Below are positions 50,478 through 60,219 of a stretch of 64,000 bases of DNA, one piece after another. Positions within the stretch are counted from its first letter, which is position 1, and each line of letters opens with the position of its first letter. Location: the NCBI GenBank assembly GCA_965230295.1, contig OZ246001.1, positions 3,840,001 to 3,904,000 on the forward strand. Reading direction: 5' to 3'. Origin of the DNA: Marinicella sp. (GTDB lineage: Bacteria; Pseudomonadota; Gammaproteobacteria; Xanthomonadales; Marinicellaceae). Made by a program: the position numbers and the translations under genes. The notes under the pieces were generated by a model. The model worked only from the letters and a program-made list of their open reading frames with translations, was not told the DNA's origin and searched no databases.

Positions 50478-51656
50478 TTAAAAGGCGTTTTTACCAGTTA
50501 ATTCTCGCCCAACCACCAATTGGTGAATGGTTTCAGTGCCTTCGTAAGTAATGACACTTTCCAAATTCAGCATGTGACGAATGGCCACATGTTCAGTGGT
50601 GATTCCAGCGCCACCCAGCATGTCTCGACACTCACGTGCAATGTCCAAGGCCATTCTGACGTTGTTCCATTTAGCCATTGAAATTTGTGTCGGCTGTAGC
50701 TGGTCAGCATCTTTTAATTGACCCAACCTCACTGCCACCAATTGAGCAGTGGTGATGCGGCGAGACATGTCAGCCAGTTTTTGTTGGATGATCTGGTTTG
50801 AATTCAATGAACGATCAAATAAAATCCTTTCTTCGGTGTAATCCAACACTTCCCGTAAACATGCCTGGGCCGATCCAATGGGCCCCCATGAAATTCCATA
50901 ACGGGCATTTGACAAACAACTCAGTGGTCCCTTAAGGCCTTTCACATGAGGCAAACGATTGGCATCCGGAACCCGCACATCATCGAAGAACAGTGCTGAA
51001 GTTACTGATGCGCGTAAAGACATTTTTCTATGGATCAGTTCAGTATCAAAACCTGGCATGCCTTTTTCAAGTATAAAACCTTGTATGCCATCCTCAGTCT
51101 GGGCCCAAACGATCGCATTATCGGCTATGGAACCGTTGGTGATCCACATTTTCGAACCATTGATGATCCAATCATCACCATCTTTTTTGGCATTAGTTTT
51201 CATCGATGCCGGATCTGAACCGGCGTGCGGTTCTGTTAAACCAAAACAACCTATGACTTCGCCTTTTGCCATGGCAGGCAACCAGCGTTGCTTTTGTTCT
51301 TCGCTGCCAAAAGCATAAATGGGAAACATACACAATGAGCTTTGTACAGATGCAAAGCTGCGCAAGCCACTGTCACCACGTTCAAGTTCCTGACAAATCA
51401 AACCATAAGAGGTGTAATTCAGGCCGGCACAATCATAACCATTTATGGTGCTGCCAAACAATCCCAGCTCAGCCATTTCTGGGATCAAATCCATTGGAAA
51501 TTCATGGTTATCAAAAGCCGGGCCTATCACCGGAATGACGCGTTCGTCAACCCAGCGTCCGATTGATTCTTGCACCATCAATTCTTCTTCCGACAACAGT
51601 GCTTTGACATTAAAAATATCTAATTTGTCGATTTTTGACGACATGTGTATCCCCAT
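50478..51656 (-). CDS. Acyl-CoA dehydrogenase, glutaryl-CoA dehydrogenase-like
   Basis: ELERGDSGLRSFASVQSSL, GCFGLTEP, KMWITNG, RHMLNLESVITYEGT. Confidence 0.85.
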   Translation of the reverse strand: MGIHMSSKIDKLDIFNVKALLSEEELMVQESIGRWVDERVIPVIGPAFDNHEFPMDLIPEMAELGLFGSTINGYDCAGLNYTSYGLICQELERGDSGLRSFASVQSSLCMFPIYAFGSEEQKQRWLPAMAKGEVIGCFGLTEPHAGSDPASMKTNAKKDGDDWIINGSKMWITNGSIADNAIVWAQTEDGIQGFILEKGMPGFDTELIHRKMSLRASVTSALFFDDVRVPDANRLPHVKGLKGPLSCLSNARYGISWGPIGSAQACLREVLDYTEERILFDRSLNSNQIIQQKLADMSRRITTAQLVAVRLGQLKDADQLQPTQISMAKWNNVRMALDIARECRDMLGGAGITTEHVAIRHMLNLESVITYEGTETIHQLVVGRELTGKNAF

Positions 51657-51758
51657 ACAAAAAAGTAAAGCAACATTTTACTCGACTGTGGGGTACAGTG
51701 ATAGTGCTGAACGTTAATTTAAAACAACCGTTTCAAGCATGGGAATGTGGTCAGAAGT

Positions 51759-51797
51759 CACGCCCCAAAATGACCAAAAAAGGTCTTTTGGGGCGTG
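51759..51797. terminator. Long hairpin downstream of the DUF4124 gene
   Basis: CACGCCCCAAAA-T-GACC...GGTC-TTTTGGGGCGTG. Confidence 0.6.
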
Positions 51798-51808
51798 TAA
51801 ATAGAAGG

Positions 51809-52459
51809 TTAATTTTGCTTATCAGAACCCTGGGGATCTTCACCAGTAAACATCAAATATTTAGCCAATTCGCTGTCATACTTTTCTTGTGTTGTGGTAA
51901 TCTCTGCCGTTTTGTCAATGATGAACTGCTTTTGGTAGTCAATTTGATTTTTAACTTGAGTGATTTGATCTAAAAATACATCTGAAACCACTTCTCCACT
52001 GCGTTCCTTATCGGCAGCTCTCTTCAATAAATCCTTGTGATTTTTTTCTTGTATTAACAAATTTTCACTGGCAGTGGCAATGTTCCTTTCTAAGGCCGAT
52101 ACCCGTTCATTCTTTAACCTTTTAATTTGGTCAGCACTGGAATAAGACATCAGGATTTTATTCCGCTCGGCAGCCAATGCTTCAGCATCGCGCTGTTTTT
52201 GAGCGGCCAATTCACGCTGTCTTTTGTACTCTTCAGCCCTGGCTACTTTTTCTTCGTCAGTCAAATCTTTATCTACAGTGTCTTTGACAACACCATGTTC
52301 ATTAAGCTCTTTGTGTTCATTTCTGATCTGATCTGGAGGCACTTTGTCACTGTAATGCACTTTGCCGTTCTCATCGACCCATTTATATAACTTGGCTGCA
52401 CTGGCTGGCAATGAACTCAGCATCAACATCAAGCAAGTTATTTTCATTAAAATTTTCAT
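51809..52459 (-). CDS. DUF4124 domain secreted coiled-coil protein
   Basis: Signal peptide followed by LYKWVDENGKVHYSDKVPP. Confidence 0.85.
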   Translation of the reverse strand: MKILMKITCLMLMLSSLPASAAKLYKWVDENGKVHYSDKVPPDQIRNEHKELNEHGVVKDTVDKDLTDEEKVARAEEYKRQRELAAQKQRDAEALAAERNKILMSYSSADQIKRLKNERVSALERNIATASENLLIQEKNHKDLLKRAADKERSGEVVSDVFLDQITQVKNQIDYQKQFIIDKTAEITTTQEKYDSELAKYLMFTGEDPQGSDKQN

Positions 52460-52463
52460 ACTT

Positions 52464-53255
52464 CTAACCTTTTGTAAATAAAACCAACAAAGCCACAAAA
52501 ACCAACCACACCACCAGCATCCGTTTTAATACCGTAAAAGTAGTGATCTCAACAATTTGTTCTTTGTTTTCATCTTCTGTCTCAATTTCACAATGCTCAA
52601 CTGCGAAGTCCATAGATTTATACAGGAATAGACTGTTCATTGAAAGCAGAGTTTCACGAGTTAAATATTGTTTACAATGTTTCCAGATCCGATCAAAGTC
52701 ACTGGCCAAAGCCAATGAAACAGTCATCAATACAGTTACGGGAAACTCCAAAACCTGCAGGGCATGCTTTTCAAATTCATCATTCTCATCTTTCAAGTGG
52801 GCCAGATGACATGCAATGCGATACCCCAAGGCACCGTAAACTCCCAACAATACATACCAGAAAAACACCCCAAACCAGCGATGTAATGCGGCATCAGTGA
52901 TGGCGTAAACAACTTCTGATGGTTCAGCATCATCTGCGATACCTAATTGACTGCGTAGAGACTTACTTGCTAATTGAGACTCAATGGTACGCGGTCCCAA
53001 ACAGTAATACAATACCGCCACACTGAGTAACAAGTAACTGGCATCGTATCGATCAATATCGGCCAGCACATGAAACACAAACCAAAATCCTGTCAGAGGT
53101 AACAACACCAGCATCGCCCATTGTAATCTCACCCCTTCTACAGAATCTTTGATTTGTTCTTTCAACGCTTCCAGCCAATGAAATGAGCGCAGCCATTGCG
53201 GCTTTTCAACATAGTGATAAAGTGCAAAAGCCAAAATTATTGCCAATAATTTCAT
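52464..53255 (-). CDS. AmpE/CobD-like membrane protein
   Basis: LYYCLGPR and RWFGVFFWYVLLG..GALGYR. Confidence 0.65.
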   Translation of the reverse strand: MKLLAIILAFALYHYVEKPQWLRSFHWLEALKEQIKDSVEGVRLQWAMLVLLPLTGFWFVFHVLADIDRYDASYLLLSVAVLYYCLGPRTIESQLASKSLRSQLGIADDAEPSEVVYAITDAALHRWFGVFFWYVLLGVYGALGYRIACHLAHLKDENDEFEKHALQVLEFPVTVLMTVSLALASDFDRIWKHCKQYLTRETLLSMNSLFLYKSMDFAVEHCEIETEDENKEQIVEITTFTVLKRMLVVWLVFVALLVLFTKG

Positions 53256-53308
53256 CAGTTATTTACTCAATTCTTTATGTTTAATAATTATACCACATGA
53301 CAAATTTT

Positions 53309-54640
53309 CTAAGCCCTGACAAAGATCGCCATGGATTCCACATGTGAGGTGTGAGGGAACATGTCCATAACCCCTGCTGTTTGTAGTGTGAACCCCAATT
53401 CATTGACCAAACGATCAGTGTCTCTGGCTAAACTCGCAGGGTGGCATGAGACATAAACCAGTGTTTTGGCGGCGGTTTGTGCAATCAAAGGTAAAATCTC
53501 CCAAGCCCCACTTCTTGGCGGATCAATCAACACCTTGTTGTAGGGACGTTTGAACCAATCACTGTTGCTGTGATCATGAGTCAGATCAGCTTTATAAAAT
53601 TCAACACCGTTCAACTGGTTCAATTCAGCATTGTGTTTGGCACGGTTTACCAATTGCTCATCACCTTCCACACCAACCACTTGCTTGGCCGTTTTGGCCA
53701 TTGGCAAGGTGAAATTACCCAATCCACAGAACAAGTCCAAAACCACATCATCCGCTTTGAGCTCCATGGCAGTCAATGCCTGGGCAATCATTTTTTCATT
53801 CATGTGGCGATTCACTTGTATGAAATCATTGGGTAAAAATTCATAAGTTAAATCATGACTGTTGAGGGTGAAACTCAACGGATTGTCATATGTCTCTATG
53901 GGTTTCACCGTGTCAGGTCCTTTGGATTGTAAAAAGATTTGTAAGTTGTGCTGATCCCTGAACTTTTTAAGCAACATCAAATCATCTGTATTGAAGGGTT
54001 TCATGTGTCGGATGATCAATGAAATCTCACCATCTCCCATCGAACATTCAACTTGAGGAATGAATGCTTTGATGCTGGTTTGTGCAAATAATTCAGCCAG
54101 CGGCTGGATCAAATCAGCCAGTGGCTTTTCCAACACTTTGCAATGATTCATGTCGGCCACAAATCGGCCATTTTTTTCACGAAAGCCCACCAGCATTTTG
54201 TCTTTGGCTATCACCCACTTTGCGCTTAATCTTGCACGGCGACGGTAATTCCAATGGGTGTCTGTCAATGGTGGCAACCATTGGGCAGGCTCTATGTGAG
54301 ATATTTTATGAAAATTACTCTTTAACGTATTGAATTTAAAGTTAATTTGTTTTTGTTCCCGCAAATGCATCATCGAGCATCCGTTACAAACCGTATAAAA
54401 TTCACACTGCGGGTCAACCCGATCTTCGGAGGCTTTTAAGATCTCAGTGGCCAAAGCCTCGTTGTAATTTCTGGTTTTGCGATTCAGCTTGGCCATCACC
54501 ACCTCACCGGGTAAGGCGTTTTGGACAAAAACCACTTTGTCATTCCATTTGGCCACCCCCCTGCCATCATGACTTAAATCTTCAATGGTCATTTTTATGG
54601 GTTCTTGGGGCAGCTTATTTCTTGATCTTCTGCTCATCAA
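53309..54640 (-). CDS. rlmD: 23S rRNA m5U1939 methyltransferase
   Basis: TRAM domain, C-x5-C-x2-C Fe-S motif, LDLFCGLGNF, DPPRSG, YVSCHPASLARD, DMFPHTSHVE. Confidence 0.95.
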   Translation of the reverse strand: MMSRRSRNKLPQEPIKMTIEDLSHDGRGVAKWNDKVVFVQNALPGEVVMAKLNRKTRNYNEALATEILKASEDRVDPQCEFYTVCNGCSMMHLREQKQINFKFNTLKSNFHKISHIEPAQWLPPLTDTHWNYRRRARLSAKWVIAKDKMLVGFREKNGRFVADMNHCKVLEKPLADLIQPLAELFAQTSIKAFIPQVECSMGDGEISLIIRHMKPFNTDDLMLLKKFRDQHNLQIFLQSKGPDTVKPIETYDNPLSFTLNSHDLTYEFLPNDFIQVNRHMNEKMIAQALTAMELKADDVVLDLFCGLGNFTLPMAKTAKQVVGVEGDEQLVNRAKHNAELNQLNGVEFYKADLTHDHSNSDWFKRPYNKVLIDPPRSGAWEILPLIAQTAAKTLVYVSCHPASLARDTDRLVNELGFTLQTAGVMDMFPHTSHVESMAIFVRA

Positions 54641-54671
54641 TGCTTCCTTTTATTCTGTCTTATGGTTGTGA

Positions 54672-55274
54672 TTATTTTTTAACCCACTGCCCTTGCGTGT
54701 TTTGATATGACCAGCCAGGTTTCGCTTGATCAATCCATTCTTGTACCCAAATGTCTCTGATTTGCTTTTCCCATTCAGGATGATCATTGGCAATCGCCAA
54801 CTCCCGGTATAAGGCGTTGCGATCCCTGTTTTCATCGGCAACTAATTTTTTAGCTGCTTGGCGGTCTTTCAGGCTCAATTGAGATAAATCGACTATTTCG
54901 ACCAAACCATTCCGATTAAACCCAACTATATTGCGATTCAAGTAATCTCTCATGCCACTGTTCATTCTGTCAATCATCCGATCCTGGATGGCTTCAATGG
55001 CTGGTGAAGTTAACGTCGTATCAGGCTGGGCATGGGCGCTGCCAACAAACCAATTGATGGGGTTCATGCCAAAGGCAATAGAACGCATCACTTCAGGCTT
55101 GAAAAATTGACTTTGGCCATCATCTGCTTGATTGGGGTCTTCTCGCAACACTTCTTCAACAAACTTCTCGGCTGCCGATTCCACTTCTGCAGCAGGAAAA
55201 TAGACATTGATGGTGACACAGGCAGTAACCCACACAAAGGAAAACAGCAGCATAGATTTGGACCATTTATTCAT
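54672..55274 (-). CDS. YdbL/DUF1318 family lipoprotein
   Basis: Lipobox TACVTINVYFPAA and VADENRDRNALYRELA. Confidence 0.8.
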   Translation of the reverse strand: MNKWSKSMLLFSFVWVTACVTINVYFPAAEVESAAEKFVEEVLREDPNQADDGQSQFFKPEVMRSIAFGMNPINWFVGSAHAQPDTTLTSPAIEAIQDRMIDRMNSGMRDYLNRNIVGFNRNGLVEIVDLSQLSLKDRQAAKKLVADENRDRNALYRELAIANDHPEWEKQIRDIWVQEWIDQAKPGWSYQNTQGQWVKK

Positions 55275-55333
55275 AACTCTTTACCGATTAAAAATGGCTC
55301 CATTATACAATGTAAGAATTAATGAAATATGAA

Positions 55334-57325
55334 TCAATTACTGTAATTGGCATTGAGTAAGCGGCTGATGAACTCTTCCCAATTGATGGATCTGACAAAG
55401 CCGACAATATTGATCTTTGGAATTCCACCACCTTCAACAATAATGAATTGATTGCTTTTATTCTTCAACCCGCCAATCTCGCATACCGAGTTATGCAATT
55501 TACAACTGAGCATGATTCTTTTGTACCTGAAATCATCAAAGAACCGCAAAAATGTACTTGAAATGGCACCTTTGATGCCGCCCAGCGAAGATATATTCTC
55601 AATCGCACGCTGACTGATGATTTGTTTGATCCCTTTGGTTTTGACTGTATAAACCTGAGCATCCAGCCGATCAGTTTTCCAGTTGGTGATGCGCAATTCA
55701 TCCACCTGACCATGTAATTTTCCAGTGATCAGTCCAAAACCAAATGTTTCAGTCAGTATAGAAAGATCAAAACCAGAAAATATCACATCGCCAGCAATCA
55801 CCGGTGCAACTCCAAATAACCGTTCAATCGATAAGTTGTTGACTGTCATATCCCCATCAAAAACTTGCAATTGCAAATCACCCAAGAATTGAATCACACT
55901 GCCCTGCTTGATCATACCCGGAATGTCACCACTGATGGTACCTGACATGATCGGCCACCCCATTTTTTCAGTGATCAAACGCAAGGATATGGGCAGCACA
56001 TTGGCATCAACCTGCATGTCAACGAACTCAGAGAATAACTTTTGCACTTCAAAGGCCTTCAACTCAATGATGCCATCAAATACGGGGAAGCGATGTTCAC
56101 CCAATAGCTTCACTTCATCTTGAGAAAAATTCAATTGCACCGATGAAGGACCCACTGGTAAACCCGCAAACAACAGGCTTTCCCAGTTCAATGCAGAATC
56201 AGGAGCTTGGCTGTATTGATACCAATGAACTTTGCCATCTAATGATTGCACATCAATTTTTCGTCCTTCATTGAGGAAATAATAGTCTTTGAAATCTATT
56301 TGCCATTGATCCAATAGATCTTGCTTTGAATGCGCAGTGACAACAAACTGACCTGACATGGCATTGTCACTGACGCCGTATATACCCAGCAAACTGTTCA
56401 GAATTTGCTGATTGAAATGATGGCTGTCTGTGACTGACATACTGAAGTATGGGTCAATAACATCCAAGTTCCGGTTGATCTCCCAGTTGGCGTCCAGGTG
56501 CATTGAGGGCTGATTAACCACAGTGGTGTTGACCTGATAATAATGACCTTCGTCGAGTTGAGTTGCGGTGCTTTGAATGAACAACGGAAAACCCGAAAAA
56601 TCAATGTACAACTGCTCATAGAGCATTTCACCTGATGTCAGCTGAATGTCAGCTTCAATTTCAGTCAAGCTGAGATTAGCCTCCATGCCTAACTGGCCAG
56701 CCAAGCCTGCCACTATGATGTCTTCGGAGTGTTCGTAATTCAATCCGGTGAACTTGATAGGACCTTGGTTTTTCAATGTGCCATTGGCCAGATTCAATGT
56801 CAGCTGGCCAGACAATTCAACCTCGGGAATTTGATCAATTCCCTTCATCCCCACCATGCGCATTAACTGACTGAATTGAACACCTTGTAATCCCAAGTTG
56901 ATTATTTCACTGTCTGAACTCAACTGCGCCGTGATAAGACCTGTTGAATCAAGTAATTGCAATGACCACTCATGGTGCTCAAAATCATACAAAACATCTG
57001 CCTGGAAAACATGTTTCACACCTTCATAATCAAAAGCAATTTGGCTCCGACTACAGCGGTGAACAGGGAACACCAAAAATTCTTTTGGACATTGGTATGA
57101 AATGTGGTCAAAGATGATCGAGTCAGCATACTTCAATTGATCTATTGACAGGGTGACTTCATCGGTGGCACTGAGGCCTAAGCGTAAGCCATGCACCTGC
57201 CATTGGGTTGATGATGGTGCTTGTGCATTTGAACTGCTCCACATAATCAGCAAGAACAGGCATTTCAACCCACAAAGGACTTGCATTCTGCATGTTATGA
57301 TCTTATTCTTGAGCGACAAGGACAC
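55334..57325 (-). CDS. YdbH-like intermembrane lipid-transport (repeating beta-groove) protein
   Basis: Beta-rich exported protein with ISQRAIENISSLGG...FxYxxI..C..C; upstream of the ydbL-like gene. Confidence 0.6.
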   Translation of the reverse strand: MSLSLKNKIITCRMQVLCGLKCLFLLIMWSSSNAQAPSSTQWQVHGLRLGLSATDEVTLSIDQLKYADSIIFDHISYQCPKEFLVFPVHRCSRSQIAFDYEGVKHVFQADVLYDFEHHEWSLQLLDSTGLITAQLSSDSEIINLGLQGVQFSQLMRMVGMKGIDQIPEVELSGQLTLNLANGTLKNQGPIKFTGLNYEHSEDIIVAGLAGQLGMEANLSLTEIEADIQLTSGEMLYEQLYIDFSGFPLFIQSTATQLDEGHYYQVNTTVVNQPSMHLDANWEINRNLDVIDPYFSMSVTDSHHFNQQILNSLLGIYGVSDNAMSGQFVVTAHSKQDLLDQWQIDFKDYYFLNEGRKIDVQSLDGKVHWYQYSQAPDSALNWESLLFAGLPVGPSSVQLNFSQDEVKLLGEHRFPVFDGIIELKAFEVQKLFSEFVDMQVDANVLPISLRLITEKMGWPIMSGTISGDIPGMIKQGSVIQFLGDLQLQVFDGDMTVNNLSIERLFGVAPVIAGDVIFSGFDLSILTETFGFGLITGKLHGQVDELRITNWKTDRLDAQVYTVKTKGIKQIISQRAIENISSLGGIKGAISSTFLRFFDDFRYKRIMLSCKLHNSVCEIGGLKNKSNQFIIVEGGGIPKINIVGFVRSINWEEFISRLLNANYSN

Positions 57326-57337
57326 TGAGGGTTTAGC

Positions 57338-58021
57338 ATGGATAAAAATTTTATTTTAGTGGTTGATGACAATCACATCAATCGACTTTTCTTTGAATCT
57401 TCATTTAAGAAACATGGCTTTCAAGTCTTTTTGGCCGAAAATGGTTACCAGGCATTAGACATGTGCCAAGAAAGGGACTTTGCCATCATCTTGATGGACA
57501 TTCGCATGGATGGCATGGATGGCATCCAAGCTGCAACTGCCATCAAAAAGATCCCTGCCCAACAACTCACACCCATTATTGCCGTTTCAGCCGAACGGTT
57601 TGATTGGGAAAACCACCCTGCCTTCACCAACAGTCTGCTCAAACCCATCAGCCAAGATGACATACAACACATCATCACAACTTACGTCAACAACAATCAT
57701 GTATTCGACCACAAAAGCGCTTTGGAGATTTCTCACAATGATGAGGAAATTGTTGCCAAGCTGAGGCACATGCTGATAAATCAATTGCCTGATGATTGGC
57801 AAACAATCAAACGATTGCACCATAATAATAACTTTCTGGAATTAGATGCCACGCTGCATAAAGTGGCAGGGTCTGCCAGGGTCTGTGCTGCCAACTTATT
57901 GGTCAAACAACTGGAGCTTTATAAACAAAATTTATCGAACGATACACTCAGAGAACAGTACTACCACCAATTAAAGGCTGCCATTCACACCACCATACAA
58001 AGCGATGGCACTGACTTTTAG
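57338..58021 (+). CDS. Response regulator receiver plus Hpt domain protein
   Basis: LVVDDN, ILMDIRMDGMDG, LKP; Hpt motif LHKVAGSA. Confidence 0.85.
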   Translation: MDKNFILVVDDNHINRLFFESSFKKHGFQVFLAENGYQALDMCQERDFAIILMDIRMDGMDGIQAATAIKKIPAQQLTPIIAVSAERFDWENHPAFTNSLLKPISQDDIQHIITTYVNNNHVFDHKSALEISHNDEEIVAKLRHMLINQLPDDWQTIKRLHHNNNFLELDATLHKVAGSARVCAANLLVKQLELYKQNLSNDTLREQYYHQLKAAIHTTIQSDGTDF

Positions 58022-58052
58022 TCGATAGAAAAGACTGAAATTTGGGAAATCC

Positions 58053-58361
58053 TCAAGAACCGACTTTGTCTTTGACTTGTTCTTTTAAGTCTTTACCTGG
58101 CTTGAAATGTGGCGCATATTTGGCGCCCAATGGAACGGGTTCACCTGTTTTGGGATTGCGGCCCATTCTGGGGTTTCTTTGACGTAATGTGAAGCTACCA
58201 AAACCACGTATTTCGATGCGATCGCCGTTGGCAATGGTAGAACTCATGTGATTGATGATTTCTCTGACTGATAGACTGATGTCAGATTTTGATAATTCAC
58301 TGCCCTCGAATTGGGCTGCAAGTAAATTAATGAGTTCAGAACGTGTTATAGAATCTTTCAT
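58053..58361 (-). CDS. ihfB: Integration host factor beta subunit
   Basis: [25 protein letters not shown]; downstream of rpsA. Confidence 0.95.
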   Translation of the reverse strand: MKDSITRSELINLLAAQFEGSELSKSDISLSVREIINHMSSTIANGDRIEIRGFGSFTLRQRNPRMGRNPKTGEPVPLGAKYAPHFKPGKDLKEQVKDKVGS

Positions 58362-58420
58362 TGTGATTAATTATAACTAAACTATTGAAAATGAAAAGAT
58401 AATTATTTCAGAAAATAAAA

Positions 58421-58453
58421 AAAGGAACCAAACCACAACAGTTCGGTTCCTTT
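58421..58453 (-). terminator. Terminator-like hairpin after rpsA
   Basis: AAAGGAACC...GGTTCCTTT with an A-run on the left (U-tract on the minus strand). Confidence 0.65.
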
Positions 58454-58475
58454 AGAAGGTCTAAAGAGCTCCGGA

Positions 58476-60125
58476 TCAATCGTCCATTTTCTCTTTCAAC
58501 AAATCACCCAAGCTGGTGGTTCCTGAACTGCCTTTTTTGTATTCTTTCAATACATCATTCAGTTCATCACTTTCCTTGGCTTTGATAGACAACACCAACA
58601 TTTTCTTGCGGCGATCCATTGAAACAAATTTGGCTTCAACTTCATCACCTACTGACAATACAGCGCTGACATCGTCGGTGCGTTCTTTGGCCACATCAAA
58701 TGCTTTGATCAAACCATTAACACCTTCTTCCAATTCAACAACAGCTTCTTTTTCATCCACTTCAATGACTTTACCTGTCACCAATGATCCTTTCGGGTTG
58801 TTAGCCACGTATGAACCAAATGGATCTTGAGCCAATTGCTTGATACCCAATGAAACACGCTCTCTTTCAGCGTCAATGATCAATACAGTGGCTTTAACCA
58901 AATCACCTTTCTTGAAGTTCCTGATGGCTGTTTCACCAGGCTCATTCCAAGAGATGTCAGACAAGTGAACCAAACCATCAATACCACCTTCCAGACCGAT
59001 AAAGATACCGAAGTCAGTGATCGATTTGATCTTACCTTCAATCACATCACCTTTCTGGGCATTTTCAGAGAAGATCACCCAAGGGTTAGGCTTACATTGT
59101 TTCATGCCCAATGAGATGCGGCGTTTGTTCTCTTCAATTTCAAGGATACAAACTTCAACTTCATCACCAGGTTGAACCACTTTAGCCGGGTTGATGTTTT
59201 TGTTGGTCCAATCAATTTCAGAAACGTGAACCAAACCTTCAATACCGTCTTCAATTTCAACAAAACAACCATAGTCAGTGATGTTGGTCACATTACCGAA
59301 GTGACGTGAACCCACTGGGTGACGACGTGACAAGTCTTTCCAAGGATCTTCGCCCAATTGTTTCAGGCCTAAAGATACACGTTGATTTTCTTTGTCAAAT
59401 TTCAGTACACGAACTTCCAGTTCTTGACCAATTTCAACCACCTCTGAAGGGTGGTTAACGCGTTTCCATGACATGTCGGTGATGTGCAATAAGCCATCGA
59501 TACCACCCAAGTCTAAGAAAGCACCATAATCAGTTAAATTCTTAACAATACCTTTAACGATAACACCATCTTCCAATGAATCCAGTAACTTATCACGGTC
59601 TTCAGAGTAATCAGACTCAACCACTGCACGACGTGAAACCACGACATTGTTGCGTTTTTGGTCTAATTTAATGACTTTGAATTCCAAGTCTTTACCTTCC
59701 AGGTAACCAGGATCACGGACAGGTCTGACATCAACCAAAGAACCAGGCAAGAACGCTCTGATGTCTTTCAATTCAACGGTGAATCCACCGCGAACTTTAG
59801 AGGTGATTTGACCAATAACGATTTGATCGGTGTCCATAGCGATTTGTAATTGATCCCATACCAACATGCGTTTGGCTTTTTCACGAGACAATACGGTTTC
59901 GCCGAAACCATTTTCATATTTTTCCAGTGCCACTTCAACAACGTCGCCAATTTCAACTTCGTTGCCAAATTCTTCTAAAGGAATCACACCTTCAGATTTC
60001 AAACCAGCATCAACTACGGCAAAACCGTTTTCAATGTCAACTACAGTACCTTTAACAATGGTACCAGGGATGATGTTTTTACTGGACAGCTCGGATTCGA
60101 GCATTGCTTCAAAATTTTCACTCAT
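58476..60125 (-). CDS. rpsA: 30S ribosomal protein S1
   Basis: Six S1 repeats, [20 protein letters not shown]; probable ATG at 60125. Confidence 0.98.
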   Translation of the reverse strand: MSENFEAMLESELSSKNIIPGTIVKGTVVDIENGFAVVDAGLKSEGVIPLEEFGNEVEIGDVVEVALEKYENGFGETVLSREKAKRMLVWDQLQIAMDTDQIVIGQITSKVRGGFTVELKDIRAFLPGSLVDVRPVRDPGYLEGKDLEFKVIKLDQKRNNVVVSRRAVVESDYSEDRDKLLDSLEDGVIVKGIVKNLTDYGAFLDLGGIDGLLHITDMSWKRVNHPSEVVEIGQELEVRVLKFDKENQRVSLGLKQLGEDPWKDLSRRHPVGSRHFGNVTNITDYGCFVEIEDGIEGLVHVSEIDWTNKNINPAKVVQPGDEVEVCILEIEENKRRISLGMKQCKPNPWVIFSENAQKGDVIEGKIKSITDFGIFIGLEGGIDGLVHLSDISWNEPGETAIRNFKKGDLVKATVLIIDAERERVSLGIKQLAQDPFGSYVANNPKGSLVTGKVIEVDEKEAVVELEEGVNGLIKAFDVAKERTDDVSAVLSVGDEVEAKFVSMDRRKKMLVLSIKAKESDELNDVLKEYKKGSSGTTSLGDLLKEKMDD

Positions 60126-60219
60126 TATGTATTTCCGGTAAACCAAAGGTGGGTTTACCTAAGTCATCTGTATCAGTTTGCCTGATACTCGTTAAAAAAA
60201 GTTTAAACAACCTATTCGT

